A DNA stretch of 64,000 nucleotides, from the NCBI GenBank assembly GCA_964010765.1, contig CAXGMD010000003.1:27885-91884 (forward strand), in the 5' to 3' direction. The notes below the pieces were generated by a model. It made no database searches. It was not told the DNA's origin and worked only from the letters and a program-made list of their open reading frames with translations. Positions 19,323-29,272 of the stretch are shown piece by piece (position 1 is the first letter of the stretch; the number at the start of each line of letters is the position of its first letter). A program made the position numbers and the translations under genes. Source of the stretch: an uncultured bacterium. Its GTDB lineage: Bacteria > SAR324 > NAC60-12.

Positions 19323-19658
19323 AAAATCCCTAGAGGTTTTTCAGAAATTGGATTACACAAAACCGGTGCGCTTCTCGCAAGATAAAAAACCAACTCTTTC
19401 TACTTTTCATAGAATCAAATATTCTAATTTCACTTTTTTAATTTTAGCAGCGGTTAGCAAATTCGCAGTTTTTTGGCGATGCCCAATTTTTATCTGGAAC
19501 TTCCGACCGCAAGCTGGAGAAATAAAGGAAGCTTTTTCCATAGACAGATTTTCCAAATCATTCTCGATCCTTTATCTTCTGCGGCATCTGTACCGAAACT
19601 GATTTACTCCCAGTCAGAAATATGAGGATTATCAAGTGAGCAACAAGGAAAGGTAATC

Positions 19659-20375
19659 ATGAAATTCAAGGTTGTTTCGGCTGATGCAACAGATTCATCA
19701 CAATCCAGTGACGATCCAAGAGTTCGTATTGAAGGATTGATTGAGACTAGCCCAGTTTTTCTATTCATGAAAGGCACCCCTGAAGCCCCACAATGCGGAT
19801 TTTCCTATCGCGTCTGTGAAGTCCTACGAGGATGGAACGTGCCATTTCGTTCCTTCAATGTTTTAGCAGATCCTGATATTCGACAAGGCATCAAAGAGTT
19901 CACAAACTGGCCTACCATCCCTCAACTCTATGTAAATCAAGAATTTGTTGGTGGGTGTGACATAATAGAGGAACTCTCACAATCAGGTGAACTACGAGAA
20001 TTACTGGAAGAAGCGTATCCTGAGCAAAACTTTGAGCCTCCTCCTCCTCCTGCCCAAGTTCAGGCCATTTCGCCTACACAAGCCAAGCAAATGCTGAAAG
20101 AAAACCCCGAGCTAACGGTACTGGACATTCGTGAGCCTGACGAGCGAGAATATGCAAAGCTGGAACGGTCTCAAGTACTAGATCACAAGCTCGCTGATGA
20201 AATTCTGAACCAATGGGATGCGAACACTCCCCTGCTGCTGATGTGCCACCGCGGTATCCGGAGTATGGAAGCTGCACAATTTTTTATTTCCCGTGGTTTT
20301 CAACAGGTTTTCAATATTGATGGTGGCATTGACCGTTGGTCTGACGAAGTCGATTCCAGTATTCCACGCTACTAA
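19659..20375 (+). CDS. Monothiol glutaredoxin (Grx4) fused to a rhodanese domain
   Basis: MKGTPEAPQCGFS, WPTIPQL, GGCD; proline-rich linker; LDIREPDE, CHRGIRS, GGIDRW. Confidence 0.92.
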   Translation: MKFKVVSADATDSSQSSDDPRVRIEGLIETSPVFLFMKGTPEAPQCGFSYRVCEVLRGWNVPFRSFNVLADPDIRQGIKEFTNWPTIPQLYVNQEFVGGCDIIEELSQSGELRELLEEAYPEQNFEPPPPPAQVQAISPTQAKQMLKENPELTVLDIREPDEREYAKLERSQVLDHKLADEILNQWDANTPLLLMCHRGIRSMEAAQFFISRGFQQVFNIDGGIDRWSDEVDSSIPRY

Positions 20376-20393
20376 GTATCTTCTGAAAACAAA

Positions 20394-20771
20394 ATGAACT
20401 CACCTACAATCGAACTGACACCGAGAGCAGCTGAGATTTTTCGAGAAGCTTGTTCAGCAGAACAGAAAAGCCTAGCAGAATCCCGTCTGCGCATTGGAGC
20501 CAAGCCCGGGGGTTGCTCCGGCTATAAATACGAATTGGAATGGAACGCCGCTACAGATCAACTGGAGAGCGATCTTCTGCTTGAATCACAGGGAGTCCAA
20601 ATTCTGGTTGATCAGCTCTGCCTAGAAGAGGTTCTCGGTCCTCTAAAGATTGACTACAGTGACGCCAACCTTGTTGAGCAGGGATTCGTATTCATTCAGC
20701 TCAGTAGCGGGCGCCAATGTGGCTGTGGAGAGTCATTCACTCCAGTTCGTGACCTCCCCGCTTATGCCTGA
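20394..20771 (+). CDS. HesB/IscA/ErpA-family A-type Fe-S carrier
   Basis: GGCSGYKY and CGCGESF motifs. Confidence 0.9.
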   Translation: MNSPTIELTPRAAEIFREACSAEQKSLAESRLRIGAKPGGCSGYKYELEWNAATDQLESDLLLESQGVQILVDQLCLEEVLGPLKIDYSDANLVEQGFVFIQLSSGRQCGCGESFTPVRDLPAYA

Positions 20772-21390
20772 TTTACTTGAACTGATCGCCAGCGGGACCT
20801 GCTTTGGTCTTTTTGTCTACAAGTGGATCATCATTATTGCCGTTGTCCTAACATGGGTCAGTGCAGATCCCTACAACCCCTTCGTGTCATGGATCAACCG
20901 AGTCACTCGGCCTTTCTGGTATTGGTGCGAAAGATGGTTACCGCTCACCATGAGGCATTTCAGCGCCTACTTTTCTCTGCTACTGGTAATTTTTGGACAG
21001 GCGCTCATTCCAGCGTCTGTCCGTTCGATCAATCTTTTTCTGCAGGGAATCATTGAAGTCGATGCTTTGGCACTTCAGTTTGGTGGGCATATCATCCAGT
21101 CTACTAGTATCATTGCCCAAAGTGTTTTCTTCTTCTTCATGCTGATCTTAGGTTTTTGGTTCTTCCTGACCCTGATCAATCCTGCTTACAACAATCCTAT
21201 TGTTCAGGTCCTCCATACTTTGGCAGATCCGCTGCTCTCTCCACTACAACGTTATCTTCCTCGAATGCGCTTCGACATCTCTCCCCTAATTGGTGTGGCG
21301 CTCTTCTATCTACTCAATGCCTATCTTGTACATCCTATCGCCTTCTACGGTGGGATGCTCTCCCAACCCGTCCAACTCTGTGTCTACTGA
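20764..21390 (+). CDS. YggT-family membrane protein (two YGGT domains)
   Basis: ADPYNP..RVTRP and YNNP..LADPLL..FDISP; ATG 20764 overlaps the upstream stop. Confidence 0.85.
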   Translation: MPDLLELIASGTCFGLFVYKWIIIIAVVLTWVSADPYNPFVSWINRVTRPFWYWCERWLPLTMRHFSAYFSLLLVIFGQALIPASVRSINLFLQGIIEVDALALQFGGHIIQSTSIIAQSVFFFFMLILGFWFFLTLINPAYNNPIVQVLHTLADPLLSPLQRYLPRMRFDISPLIGVALFYLLNAYLVHPIAFYGGMLSQPVQLCVY

Positions 21391-21456
21391 CTCTCCAGAA
21401 AAATGGTCGAATTTTTGAAAGGATTATAGCAGACGTCAACCCAAACTGACTGAGCT

Positions 21457-24213
21457 ATGAACCTTTCCCAACGCCTGCTTTCTACCCTACTGATCTGCCT
21501 TGGTATCAACCTCCCTTTCTCGACAGTATTGGGACAAGAAAGTTCACTTACACAGTGCTCTGTGGAAAAACGTCGTGAATTGCGACTGCAGGGTTTACTG
21601 GACGATGTCATTGCCTGGCGTTGTGGTGATTTTCCAAAAGCTCGCATTCTAGCTCACTTGGAGAAATCATCCGTGCTGGAGGGAGATGAGGGAACCAACA
21701 TCACAATTCAGCTAAACCGCCAACCTGCCTCCTCCGTCCGAATCAGCTTACGTAGCGCGCTGGATGATGAAGTAATTCTGGATGCAGACGAACTAACCTT
21801 CACTACAAGTGACTGGAATCACCCACGACACATTTCTGTCAAAAGTATTGATGACGATATTGCAGATGGTGATCGTGCAGTAACCTTACAACTTGCTGTA
21901 GCTGCTACCGAAGATACTCGCTTCCGACAGGCTGCCCCTGTTGGTCTTGTCCTACAAAGTTTGGATAACGATCTAGTTGATTGGTCCGTAACTCGCCAAC
22001 CTGGTCGACTACAAGAGGGAGGGGCTCCAGTCATATATGAAATCTCCCTACTCAGTCGCCCTATGCAGCCTATCACTTTACGGGTCGACAACAAGCATCC
22101 TGACTTCATCCGGGTTGCTCCAGATGAAATTCAAATTACTCCTGACAGCTGGCCTAAACCTGAATTACTTCGGGTCCAGGCAGTTGATGATCCCTTTGAT
22201 AATCCAGATCGTCCTGTAGAAATTCTTGCTTCAGTTAAATCAACCACAGATCAAAGCTACCTCAAGCTTCCTCCACTTCGCTTACAACTGCTGGTTGAAG
22301 ATGACGAAAATCCAGGAATTGTGATCAATCCAGAAAGAGGGGTAACAACTGAGGCAGGAGCCCAAGCCAACTTTGACTTGAGATTGCGAAGCCAGCCGCG
22401 CAGTCCAGTCCAGTTGAAAATTGAGTCTTCAGACGATACGGAAGGAAAAGTCTCTTCTCAGGAAATGCGCTTCACAGCTGCCGACTGGGATCGTACTCAG
22501 CAAGTAGTCGTAGAGGGACTTGACGACCTGCAGCGCGATGGTGACCAATCCTACGAGTTATCAATTACAATAGATTCAACGGATGAGGCCTATCAGCAGC
22601 TATCCGCCCTTCAAATTCCCTTGATCAACAGTGACGATGACATCGCTGCGTTGGAGTTGGAGAGCAGCTCAGACCAGATCAGTGAAGAGGGTGAAAGTTC
22701 TGAGATATCCATTCGACTACTTAGTGAACCAAAGGGAGAAGTAATTGTACAACTCTCTCTGGATAAAGCCGATGAAGCTACACTATTTCCAAACTCACTC
22801 ACCTTTGACAAAAGTAACTGGAACGTCCGTCAACGGCTGCTGATCGTTGGCAAAGATGATAATTTGGCAGATGGTGACCAAACCGTGACTGTTTTTGTGA
22901 GAGTACTTGGGAACAGTCCAGAGTACGTTGCACTGGCATCCCAACAACTCACTCTAACTAACCGTGATGATGATATCGCAAGCATTCTGATCCGAGCACC
23001 CGAACGGCTCAGTACCAGTGAATCTGGAACTATTGACCACTTTGAAGTGCTATTGCAGAGTAGACCCGAGGCTTCGGTACGTATTCCTCTGCGCACCTCT
23101 CAGCCAAACGAAGTCAGCATCAATCCAGAGGCAATCGTCATCCAACCCGAAGACTGGGACCAACCTCAGCGAGTAACCATCCAAGGTTTAGACGATGAAC
23201 GATTGGATAGTTCTCAATTTTTCTTGATAAATATTCTACCTGCTGAAAGTAACGATCAGCTTTACCAAGGTTTGGACGCAACAGATTTGGTTGGCACTAA
23301 TGAAGACAATGACCAACCAGGCATACTCACTTCAACAGGAAACCTACGAGTAAGCGAAAGTTTCGGTGAAGACCAACTAAAGATCCGCCTGAATAGCCGT
23401 CCTAATGAAGCAGTACGTATCCAACTAAAGTCATCTGCTCCAGATGAATTCTCTGTGCTACCAGAACAACTGATTTTCACCCCGGAAGACTGGAATCTTG
23501 AACAGAGCGTGACTGTTCGTGGCCTACCAGATGAGGTTGCAGAAGCTAGTTCAACCTACCAGCTGTTGGTTTCCGTTACGCAGGGTGAAGAAAACTACAA
23601 AGGGTTGGACACTATTGAGGTCATTGTTGCTGTTGAAGACCAAACTCCTGAACTACCACCAACGATGATCAGAGCCATGAGTGGCCTACAATATGTTGCT
23701 CTTGCGAGTCGAATGCAACGTGGTGAGTACTCAGAAACAGGAACAGATTTGAATCTCAGTGGACAAAGCCAAGGACTATACTACAACCATCATTGGGCCT
23801 CTCACCTAACGGCTGGGGTTGCCCTAGAAAGAGCAGAATTGACTGGGAAGAATCACACCCAGAATCGTAGTGTTGCAATTGAATTAGAAGAATACAGGCT
23901 GCAGGCGTCCGGAGGCTACGCTTGGTATTTTTCGCCCGAATGGAGACTACAACCAGAACTACGCCTCTCCTACAATTTTCTATCTGCTAAACGGACAGAG
24001 GAAGACTCCAACCAACGCCTTGAAGAAACATTGGATGGTGGAATTTTTACAGGTCAGTTTGGTTCCGGCCTGCACTATTTGGCAAATGAAACCTTCTTTG
24101 TTGGTGCAGGTATCTACCTTGAACCTAATAAGGTTTCTCTGGGATTCGCTGATGCAAATGGAAATTATAACATTATCTGGAGCAGTGAGTTCATGGTTGG
24201 GCTCCAATTCTGA
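21457..24213 (+). CDS. Exported protein with six Calx-beta-like repeats and a C-terminal outer-membrane beta-barrel
   Basis: Signal peptide; six repeats of about 110 aa (E.G..L..P..LTFT..W..Q....G.DD...DGD..D.D); amphipathic strands ending VGLQF. Confidence 0.82.
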   Translation: MNLSQRLLSTLLICLGINLPFSTVLGQESSLTQCSVEKRRELRLQGLLDDVIAWRCGDFPKARILAHLEKSSVLEGDEGTNITIQLNRQPASSVRISLRSALDDEVILDADELTFTTSDWNHPRHISVKSIDDDIADGDRAVTLQLAVAATEDTRFRQAAPVGLVLQSLDNDLVDWSVTRQPGRLQEGGAPVIYEISLLSRPMQPITLRVDNKHPDFIRVAPDEIQITPDSWPKPELLRVQAVDDPFDNPDRPVEILASVKSTTDQSYLKLPPLRLQLLVEDDENPGIVINPERGVTTEAGAQANFDLRLRSQPRSPVQLKIESSDDTEGKVSSQEMRFTAADWDRTQQVVVEGLDDLQRDGDQSYELSITIDSTDEAYQQLSALQIPLINSDDDIAALELESSSDQISEEGESSEISIRLLSEPKGEVIVQLSLDKADEATLFPNSLTFDKSNWNVRQRLLIVGKDDNLADGDQTVTVFVRVLGNSPEYVALASQQLTLTNRDDDIASILIRAPERLSTSESGTIDHFEVLLQSRPEASVRIPLRTSQPNEVSINPEAIVIQPEDWDQPQRVTIQGLDDERLDSSQFFLINILPAESNDQLYQGLDATDLVGTNEDNDQPGILTSTGNLRVSESFGEDQLKIRLNSRPNEAVRIQLKSSAPDEFSVLPEQLIFTPEDWNLEQSVTVRGLPDEVAEASSTYQLLVSVTQGEENYKGLDTIEVIVAVEDQTPELPPTMIRAMSGLQYVALASRMQRGEYSETGTDLNLSGQSQGLYYNHHWASHLTAGVALERAELTGKNHTQNRSVAIELEEYRLQASGGYAWYFSPEWRLQPELRLSYNFLSAKRTEEDSNQRLEETLDGGIFTGQFGSGLHYLANETFFVGAGIYLEPNKVSLGFADANGNYNIIWSSEFMVGLQF

Positions 24214-24457
24214 ACAAAACAAACCCCGTGAAAAAACCTACTCGCTTCATTCACAGATTTTACATACGTCTGTCTGAGCACAAAAATATCGTGTAAACCC
24301 TACCTTAGCTGACTCCCTTCGAGCAAATCATCTTATTCTTCGGCAATACCCAGGTAGCTTCTCAATATAGCGCATCAATTTGTCAAAAGATTGACTTTGT
24401 CAACTTCTTTGGCAAATCCTTTGACACCAGCCATTTTTTCTAACAATTAGAGCCCGC

Positions 24458-25619
24458 ATGGAATATTCGCAAAACGCAAGATTGGTTCTACAGTGCCTAC
24501 GACGCCACGGAGAACTGTCTCGTGCAGAAATCTCCAGGATGACAGGTTTGAGTGCACAAACCGCATCCGTGCCCATGAACAAACTATTGAAGGACGAACT
24601 GGTTGTTGAAACACACAAACGCTATGGGTCCATCAGCAAACCCGCAACCCAGATCCAACTTAATCCTCAAGGCGCTTACTCCCTGGGGATCGAGTTAGGA
24701 CGTAGGATATCACCATTGTATTAGTCGATTTCGCAGGAGTCGTGATTGATCGTGTTTTTCTACAGCAAGACCTCTCACAACCTGAGGCTGAGATGGAACT
24801 CATTCTCCAGCAAAGCAACCAATTATTTTCAAATAATCCAGGCAGTGCTCTTCGACTAGCAGGTATTGGATTGGCAGTCCCGTTTCAGTTGGAAGCATGG
24901 CACAATGAGTTAGGACTGGACCAGGAAACATCAAACCGTCTCGCTGCTTGGGCAGGTTTGATGTTGTTGATGCGCTGGAACAGAGTTTTGGCTGCGATGT
25001 ATTCATGGAAAATGATGGAACAGCCGCTGCGATAGCAGAGATGCTTTTTGGGGTTGGCAAACGAGTGAATGATTTCGTCTACCTGTTCTTGGATGTAGTG
25101 ATTGGGGGAGGAGTCGTTTGTGATGGAGACATCCTACGAGGAACCAACAGCAACGCAGGAGACTTAGCTCTGATGCGGATTGGTTCTCCAGGCCAGAGTG
25201 GCTTGCTGTTAGAGCACGCCTCCTTATTTCTACTGCTCAACAGACTAAGCAAAGCCGGAATCGAAAAACCCAAAATTACTCAACTTATTGAAGACAGTAG
25301 CGCACAGCGTCAAATTTTTGACCAGTGGGTCGAACAGGCAGTACAAGCTCTCTCCTTGGCTGTTATCAATATCCATAGTCTATTGGATACTGAAGCAGTG
25401 GAACTCGCCAGTCGGCTACCTCGTGAACTCATGCAGTATTTTATTCAGCGGATGGAGGTCATAATGGAACAAGAGCACCAACTAGATCCGGGTCAGGATC
25501 TTCCTAAGTTGCTGGAGGGAGAAAATCGGAGTGATGTTCATGCGCTCGGTGCAGCCATGGTCCCCTACTATCATCGATATGCGACTACTTCTTCAATTCT
25601 GCCGAGGCAAACTTTCTAA
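24458..25619 (+). pseudogene. ROK-family transcriptional regulator broken by two frameshifts
   Basis: HTH (LSRAEISRMTGLS), ELGRR/DITIVLVDFAG junction, MENDGTAAAIAE, NAGDL, ALGAA spread over three reading frames. Confidence 0.8.
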
Positions 25620-25754
25620 ATACCGACTCATCTCTCTACTTTTTGAATTTCATATATCTAATCAAAAAGAATAGGCCAGTGCCAAATAATTTAACAAATC
25701 TGCCAGCAGACCACACTAAAGACTAACTGGGCCAGGCCTCTCTTTCCAAAGCTT

Positions 25755-26438
25755 TCACAAAGCTGTTCCCCAGCGATAGCGTAGACCCACCCCAAGTATG
25801 TTAGAGCTAGTGTTGCGAACACCGTACAGACCATACCCAGCAGAGCGATGATGAATCCGGAATGACAACTCTGCTTCTGGAAGTTGTGGCGGAGCTAAAG
25901 TGATATCCAGCGTCAGCAAATTCATAAAGTGTTTGGAGGATCTGCCTTCGGTTCGCTCTTGATCTGGGATCTTGGAAGCGTAAGAGACTCCCTCAGCAAA
26001 GCCAATTGTGGTCTTCACATAGCGATCCCATCGAAAGTTCTTCCATCGGAATATTACAGAAGGGCCAATCTCGTTGATCACCTTCGTTTGACTTTCTCGA
26101 TAGTTGATGCTCAGGGCAGCTTCTAATTCCGTAACGTAAGGTTCCAAATAATGGAACCACCAAAGCTTCCTTGATATTCGACGTGCGACTTCCACTCCAT
26201 AAACTAGCTCATCTGTGTTTGGGTACGCCAAATCCAGAGCTTTGGAAGGATCATGTGAGTCCGTATAGTTGATCAAGCCGATATCATCTAGGTTGCTTTG
26301 AGCTGTCTGTCCCTTGAACAGCAACAACCCCCAGGCATCTTCGAAGACTTGAGCACAAACTGGTTGGACAGGCAGTAGGAAAAAGCCCAGGCCTCCCACT
26401 AGCAAAAGCAGAAGGCGAAGCTTTCGGGAGAAATACAT
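25755..26438 (-). CDS. Outer-membrane beta-barrel protein, PagL (lipid A deacylase)-like
   Basis: Signal peptide; EGVSYA, RIHHRS, SNILGVGLRYRW near the C-terminus. Confidence 0.6.
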   Translation of the reverse strand: MYFSRKLRLLLLLVGGLGFFLLPVQPVCAQVFEDAWGLLLFKGQTAQSNLDDIGLINYTDSHDPSKALDLAYPNTDELVYGVEVARRISRKLWWFHYLEPYVTELEAALSINYRESQTKVINEIGPSVIFRWKNFRWDRYVKTTIGFAEGVSYASKIPDQERTEGRSSKHFMNLLTLDITLAPPQLPEAELSFRIHHRSAGYGLYGVRNTSSNILGVGLRYRWGTAL

Positions 26439-26469
26439 GTAAGAAGAGAAGTGTCTTCGTAGGTAGGAC

Positions 26470-27990
26470 TTACTCAGGCAAATGGAAAGTTTTCAGTTTT
26501 TCTTCGGAGTACTCTTCACGATCATCATAGCACTTCTTTAACGCCTGCTGCGATACAGAAAGCACCTTAAACTCTTCAGATTCCTGATCCAATTTTCCTT
26601 CGGTGTCATAGTTATCCATGAACTTCATCAGTCCTCCAGCCCCCTGGAAGTCTTTGAAATACACTTTGAGCCTAAAGAGCAGTAGACAAGCCTTGATGAT
26701 CTCGACCTTATCCAGTTGTTCAAAAATTGGTTCGAGCCATTCAATGACTTTCTTCAGTGCTGACTTGGCTTCATCGATTCGACCTGCCTCCGAGAGCATT
26801 TCAGCTTTCACCATATTCAGTGAGGCCATTTTACGCACGTTGGCATACGGTGTGTCTGCAACCTCCGACAATCGTTTATGGGTCTCTATCGCTAAATCAT
26901 AGCTGAGCAATGCCATCTCAAGATCTCGTTCTTCACTGATGAATGCTGCTGGATCTTTAATTTTCTCTCGCAAGCTCTGCATTCGATCTTCCCATCCTTC
27001 CTGAAACTGTTCTACGTTGAAGGGAGCGTTCCGGTTAGACTGTGAGCGGAAATTCTCCAAAATATTGGTAGAGAATCCGCAGCTAGTACAACTCGTCACG
27101 TCCAGCAAATTAAAATCGCAGAAATCCATCGATCCGGAAGGGCTTAGGTACTTTGGAATCCCAAAAATATTCTGCTTGGTAATCATGCTCCTGGCACGCA
27201 AAGACCAAAAATGAACAGCATCATTGCCGCAAGCAAAACAGTTAACGATACGTCCAGTCAGTGAGGATTTCTTCGGTGTGAGCCGATCATTAACTGTTGT
27301 GACCTCATAACGATCTGGGAAGAGGATTTGAAGAATACCGTGTTGGTCCCCCAGTCGCTGGACGATGTCCACACGAATCGAGACGCTCTTCTCATCCCAC
27401 TTTTCCTGGCGTTGTCCGGTCACCCTGCCTTCAACACGATCATAGAATTCTTCCTCTGAACCTGATTTAGAAATCTGGATATAGACCGGCATATTGGGAA
27501 CCATCGCCCGAGGGTTCCGGAAAGTACAACGGGACTCTGAGAGCGAAGTGAGTCGTACTAGAGAGGCATTCTTACCAGCAGAGATTTTTGCCAGTGGTTT
27601 GGTTGCTTCCAGCATTGACCTTGCTGTCTTCCATAGCTTTGTGAGGATATTGCTGGTGAAGCCCAACAGACCGCCCGCATAGACGAAAAAGGTGATCTCT
27701 GTCTCTGACATTTTCCCATCTACAACCATCAACTCCGCAAGATACTTGAGGATAATGAATGATTGCTTAGGATCAATTTTTCGCGCTTCCAGCGATGGAG
27801 TCTTGCCTTGGCGCACAACAGCCATGATGCCGTTTACCTGATCACGATCTTCTAGAAAAGAAATAGCCTCCTTGAGAAATTCGAGTTCTGAGTCATCAAC
27901 TCGACCATCGGCCACAATCATGCCGGCAATAGCCCGTGCAAACCAAATTTTCTCCTCGATGGACATGGCTTCGGTGTTAGGCAATTCCAT
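26470..27990 (-). CDS. TerB-like + DUF2225-like (two CxxC, TPR-like helices) fusion protein
   Basis: ADGRVDDSE and VDGKMSETE TerB motifs; CFAC..CTSCGFS; helical C-terminus. Confidence 0.75.
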   Translation of the reverse strand: MELPNTEAMSIEEKIWFARAIAGMIVADGRVDDSELEFLKEAISFLEDRDQVNGIMAVVRQGKTPSLEARKIDPKQSFIILKYLAELMVVDGKMSETEITFFVYAGGLLGFTSNILTKLWKTARSMLEATKPLAKISAGKNASLVRLTSLSESRCTFRNPRAMVPNMPVYIQISKSGSEEEFYDRVEGRVTGQRQEKWDEKSVSIRVDIVQRLGDQHGILQILFPDRYEVTTVNDRLTPKKSSLTGRIVNCFACGNDAVHFWSLRARSMITKQNIFGIPKYLSPSGSMDFCDFNLLDVTSCTSCGFSTNILENFRSQSNRNAPFNVEQFQEGWEDRMQSLREKIKDPAAFISEERDLEMALLSYDLAIETHKRLSEVADTPYANVRKMASLNMVKAEMLSEAGRIDEAKSALKKVIEWLEPIFEQLDKVEIIKACLLLFRLKVYFKDFQGAGGLMKFMDNYDTEGKLDQESEEFKVLSVSQQALKKCYDDREEYSEEKLKTFHLPE

Positions 27991-28121
27991 GGGATTTCTC
28001 TCCTTTCGTGATTACAGAATAAGCATCTATGAGCCGCAAAGCTCATAGCAAACAACAATTTTTTAAGTTGAGCAAGAGTAACCCCATCTTTGGGGAGACG
28101 CAAAGAAAAAGCTGTATAACC

Positions 28122-29006
28122 TTAGAACTTGCCAGCTTCCCGGAAAGCAAAGGCGCTCCAACCTTCTGCCTCTGTCGAAGCACAAATACACAGTCCATAT
28201 TTCGCTAAGGCAGTTGCGAGCGGTACCTCCTGCTCTATCAGAAGACCGCTACAAATCAGGGTTCCACCAGCAGCTGTCAATCTTGCCAAATCTACCACCG
28301 CAGATTTTAGTTCCTCTAACAACATATTGCTGATTACCAGTGGCCCCGGTTCGTCAATAACGTTGGCCGTACCAACGACACCCCAAAAACATTGCTCCTG
28401 CTGATTCAATTCAAAATTGTGAAGGGCCTCTGGCAGGACTACCGGATCATTGTCACAAGCTACAATTTTTGAAATTCCAAGACGAGTCGCAGCCAAACCA
28501 AGAATGCCCGACCCTGTACCCACATCAACAAGACTGGCCGGCACCTGAGCTTCCTGCAAAATAACCAGTTCGAGCATCTCTAGTGCCAAGCGAGTGGAGA
28601 CGTGGGTTCCTGTTCCAAACGCTTGTCCTGGCTCCAGCCAGATTACCTGACGATTCTCAGGCAGGTCTTTTTCGTACCAGACAGGTGCAATCAATAGAGT
28701 TCGACCGATTTCTACAGGCTGAAAATGATCATGCCAACCTAAACGCCAATTTTCATTTGGGCAGAGTCGATGCTCCACTAACTCTAGTTTTCCAACTGCT
28801 TTTGGATACTCGTTCCGAAAACGAGAAATCCACTCATCAAGTTTTTGTGGTTCGGTCAGGTAGCATTTCAGTCTTTGTTCGCCATCAGCTTCTTGAAGAA
28901 TCTCACAGCCTGCTGCCCCCTGTTCAAAGCAAAAGCCTGTCCAGAGATCTGCTAGTTCTTCTGCCATGCTGAATACACCTTCCTGGTAGTTCTCCAAACT
29001 AGTCAC
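28122..29006 (-). CDS. prmA: Ribosomal protein L11 methyltransferase
   Basis: NWRLGWHDHFQP, EPGQAFGTGTHVST, VDVGTGSGIL, LICSGLL. Confidence 0.92.
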   Translation of the reverse strand: MTSLENYQEGVFSMAEELADLWTGFCFEQGAAGCEILQEADGEQRLKCYLTEPQKLDEWISRFRNEYPKAVGKLELVEHRLCPNENWRLGWHDHFQPVEIGRTLLIAPVWYEKDLPENRQVIWLEPGQAFGTGTHVSTRLALEMLELVILQEAQVPASLVDVGTGSGILGLAATRLGISKIVACDNDPVVLPEALHNFELNQQEQCFWGVVGTANVIDEPGPLVISNMLLEELKSAVVDLARLTAAGGTLICSGLLIEQEVPLATALAKYGLCICASTEAEGWSAFAFREAGKF

Positions 29007-29272
29007 TCGCGCGTCTTGTCAAGATAGACTTTAAAACCATCCTCCAAGAGTCCTCGTAAACGCGGATCTTTTTTTTCCTCTGCCGACTTGCATTGCTGAC
29101 AGCGGCAGCTTACATGATGTGTCTTTTGGAATCGTTTGATACGCACCCGAGTCAGGTCTTTTCCCTCCGTTTGCATCTGACGCAGCACCTTCTCCACTTG
29201 TTCCATGACCTTGTGCAGAACAATTTCCTCGTGCTTTGGGAAACCACGTTCTGTGGATTTACGGCCGAACAT
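29003..29272 (-). CDS. Small basic hypothetical protein with an HHxxCxCxxC motif
   Basis: GGAGAGG before the ATG; overlaps both neighbours; HHVSCRCQQC. Confidence 0.65.
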   Translation of the reverse strand: MFGRKSTERGFPKHEEIVLHKVMEQVEKVLRQMQTEGKDLTRVRIKRFQKTHHVSCRCQQCKSAEEKKDPRLRGLLEDGFKVYLDKTRE

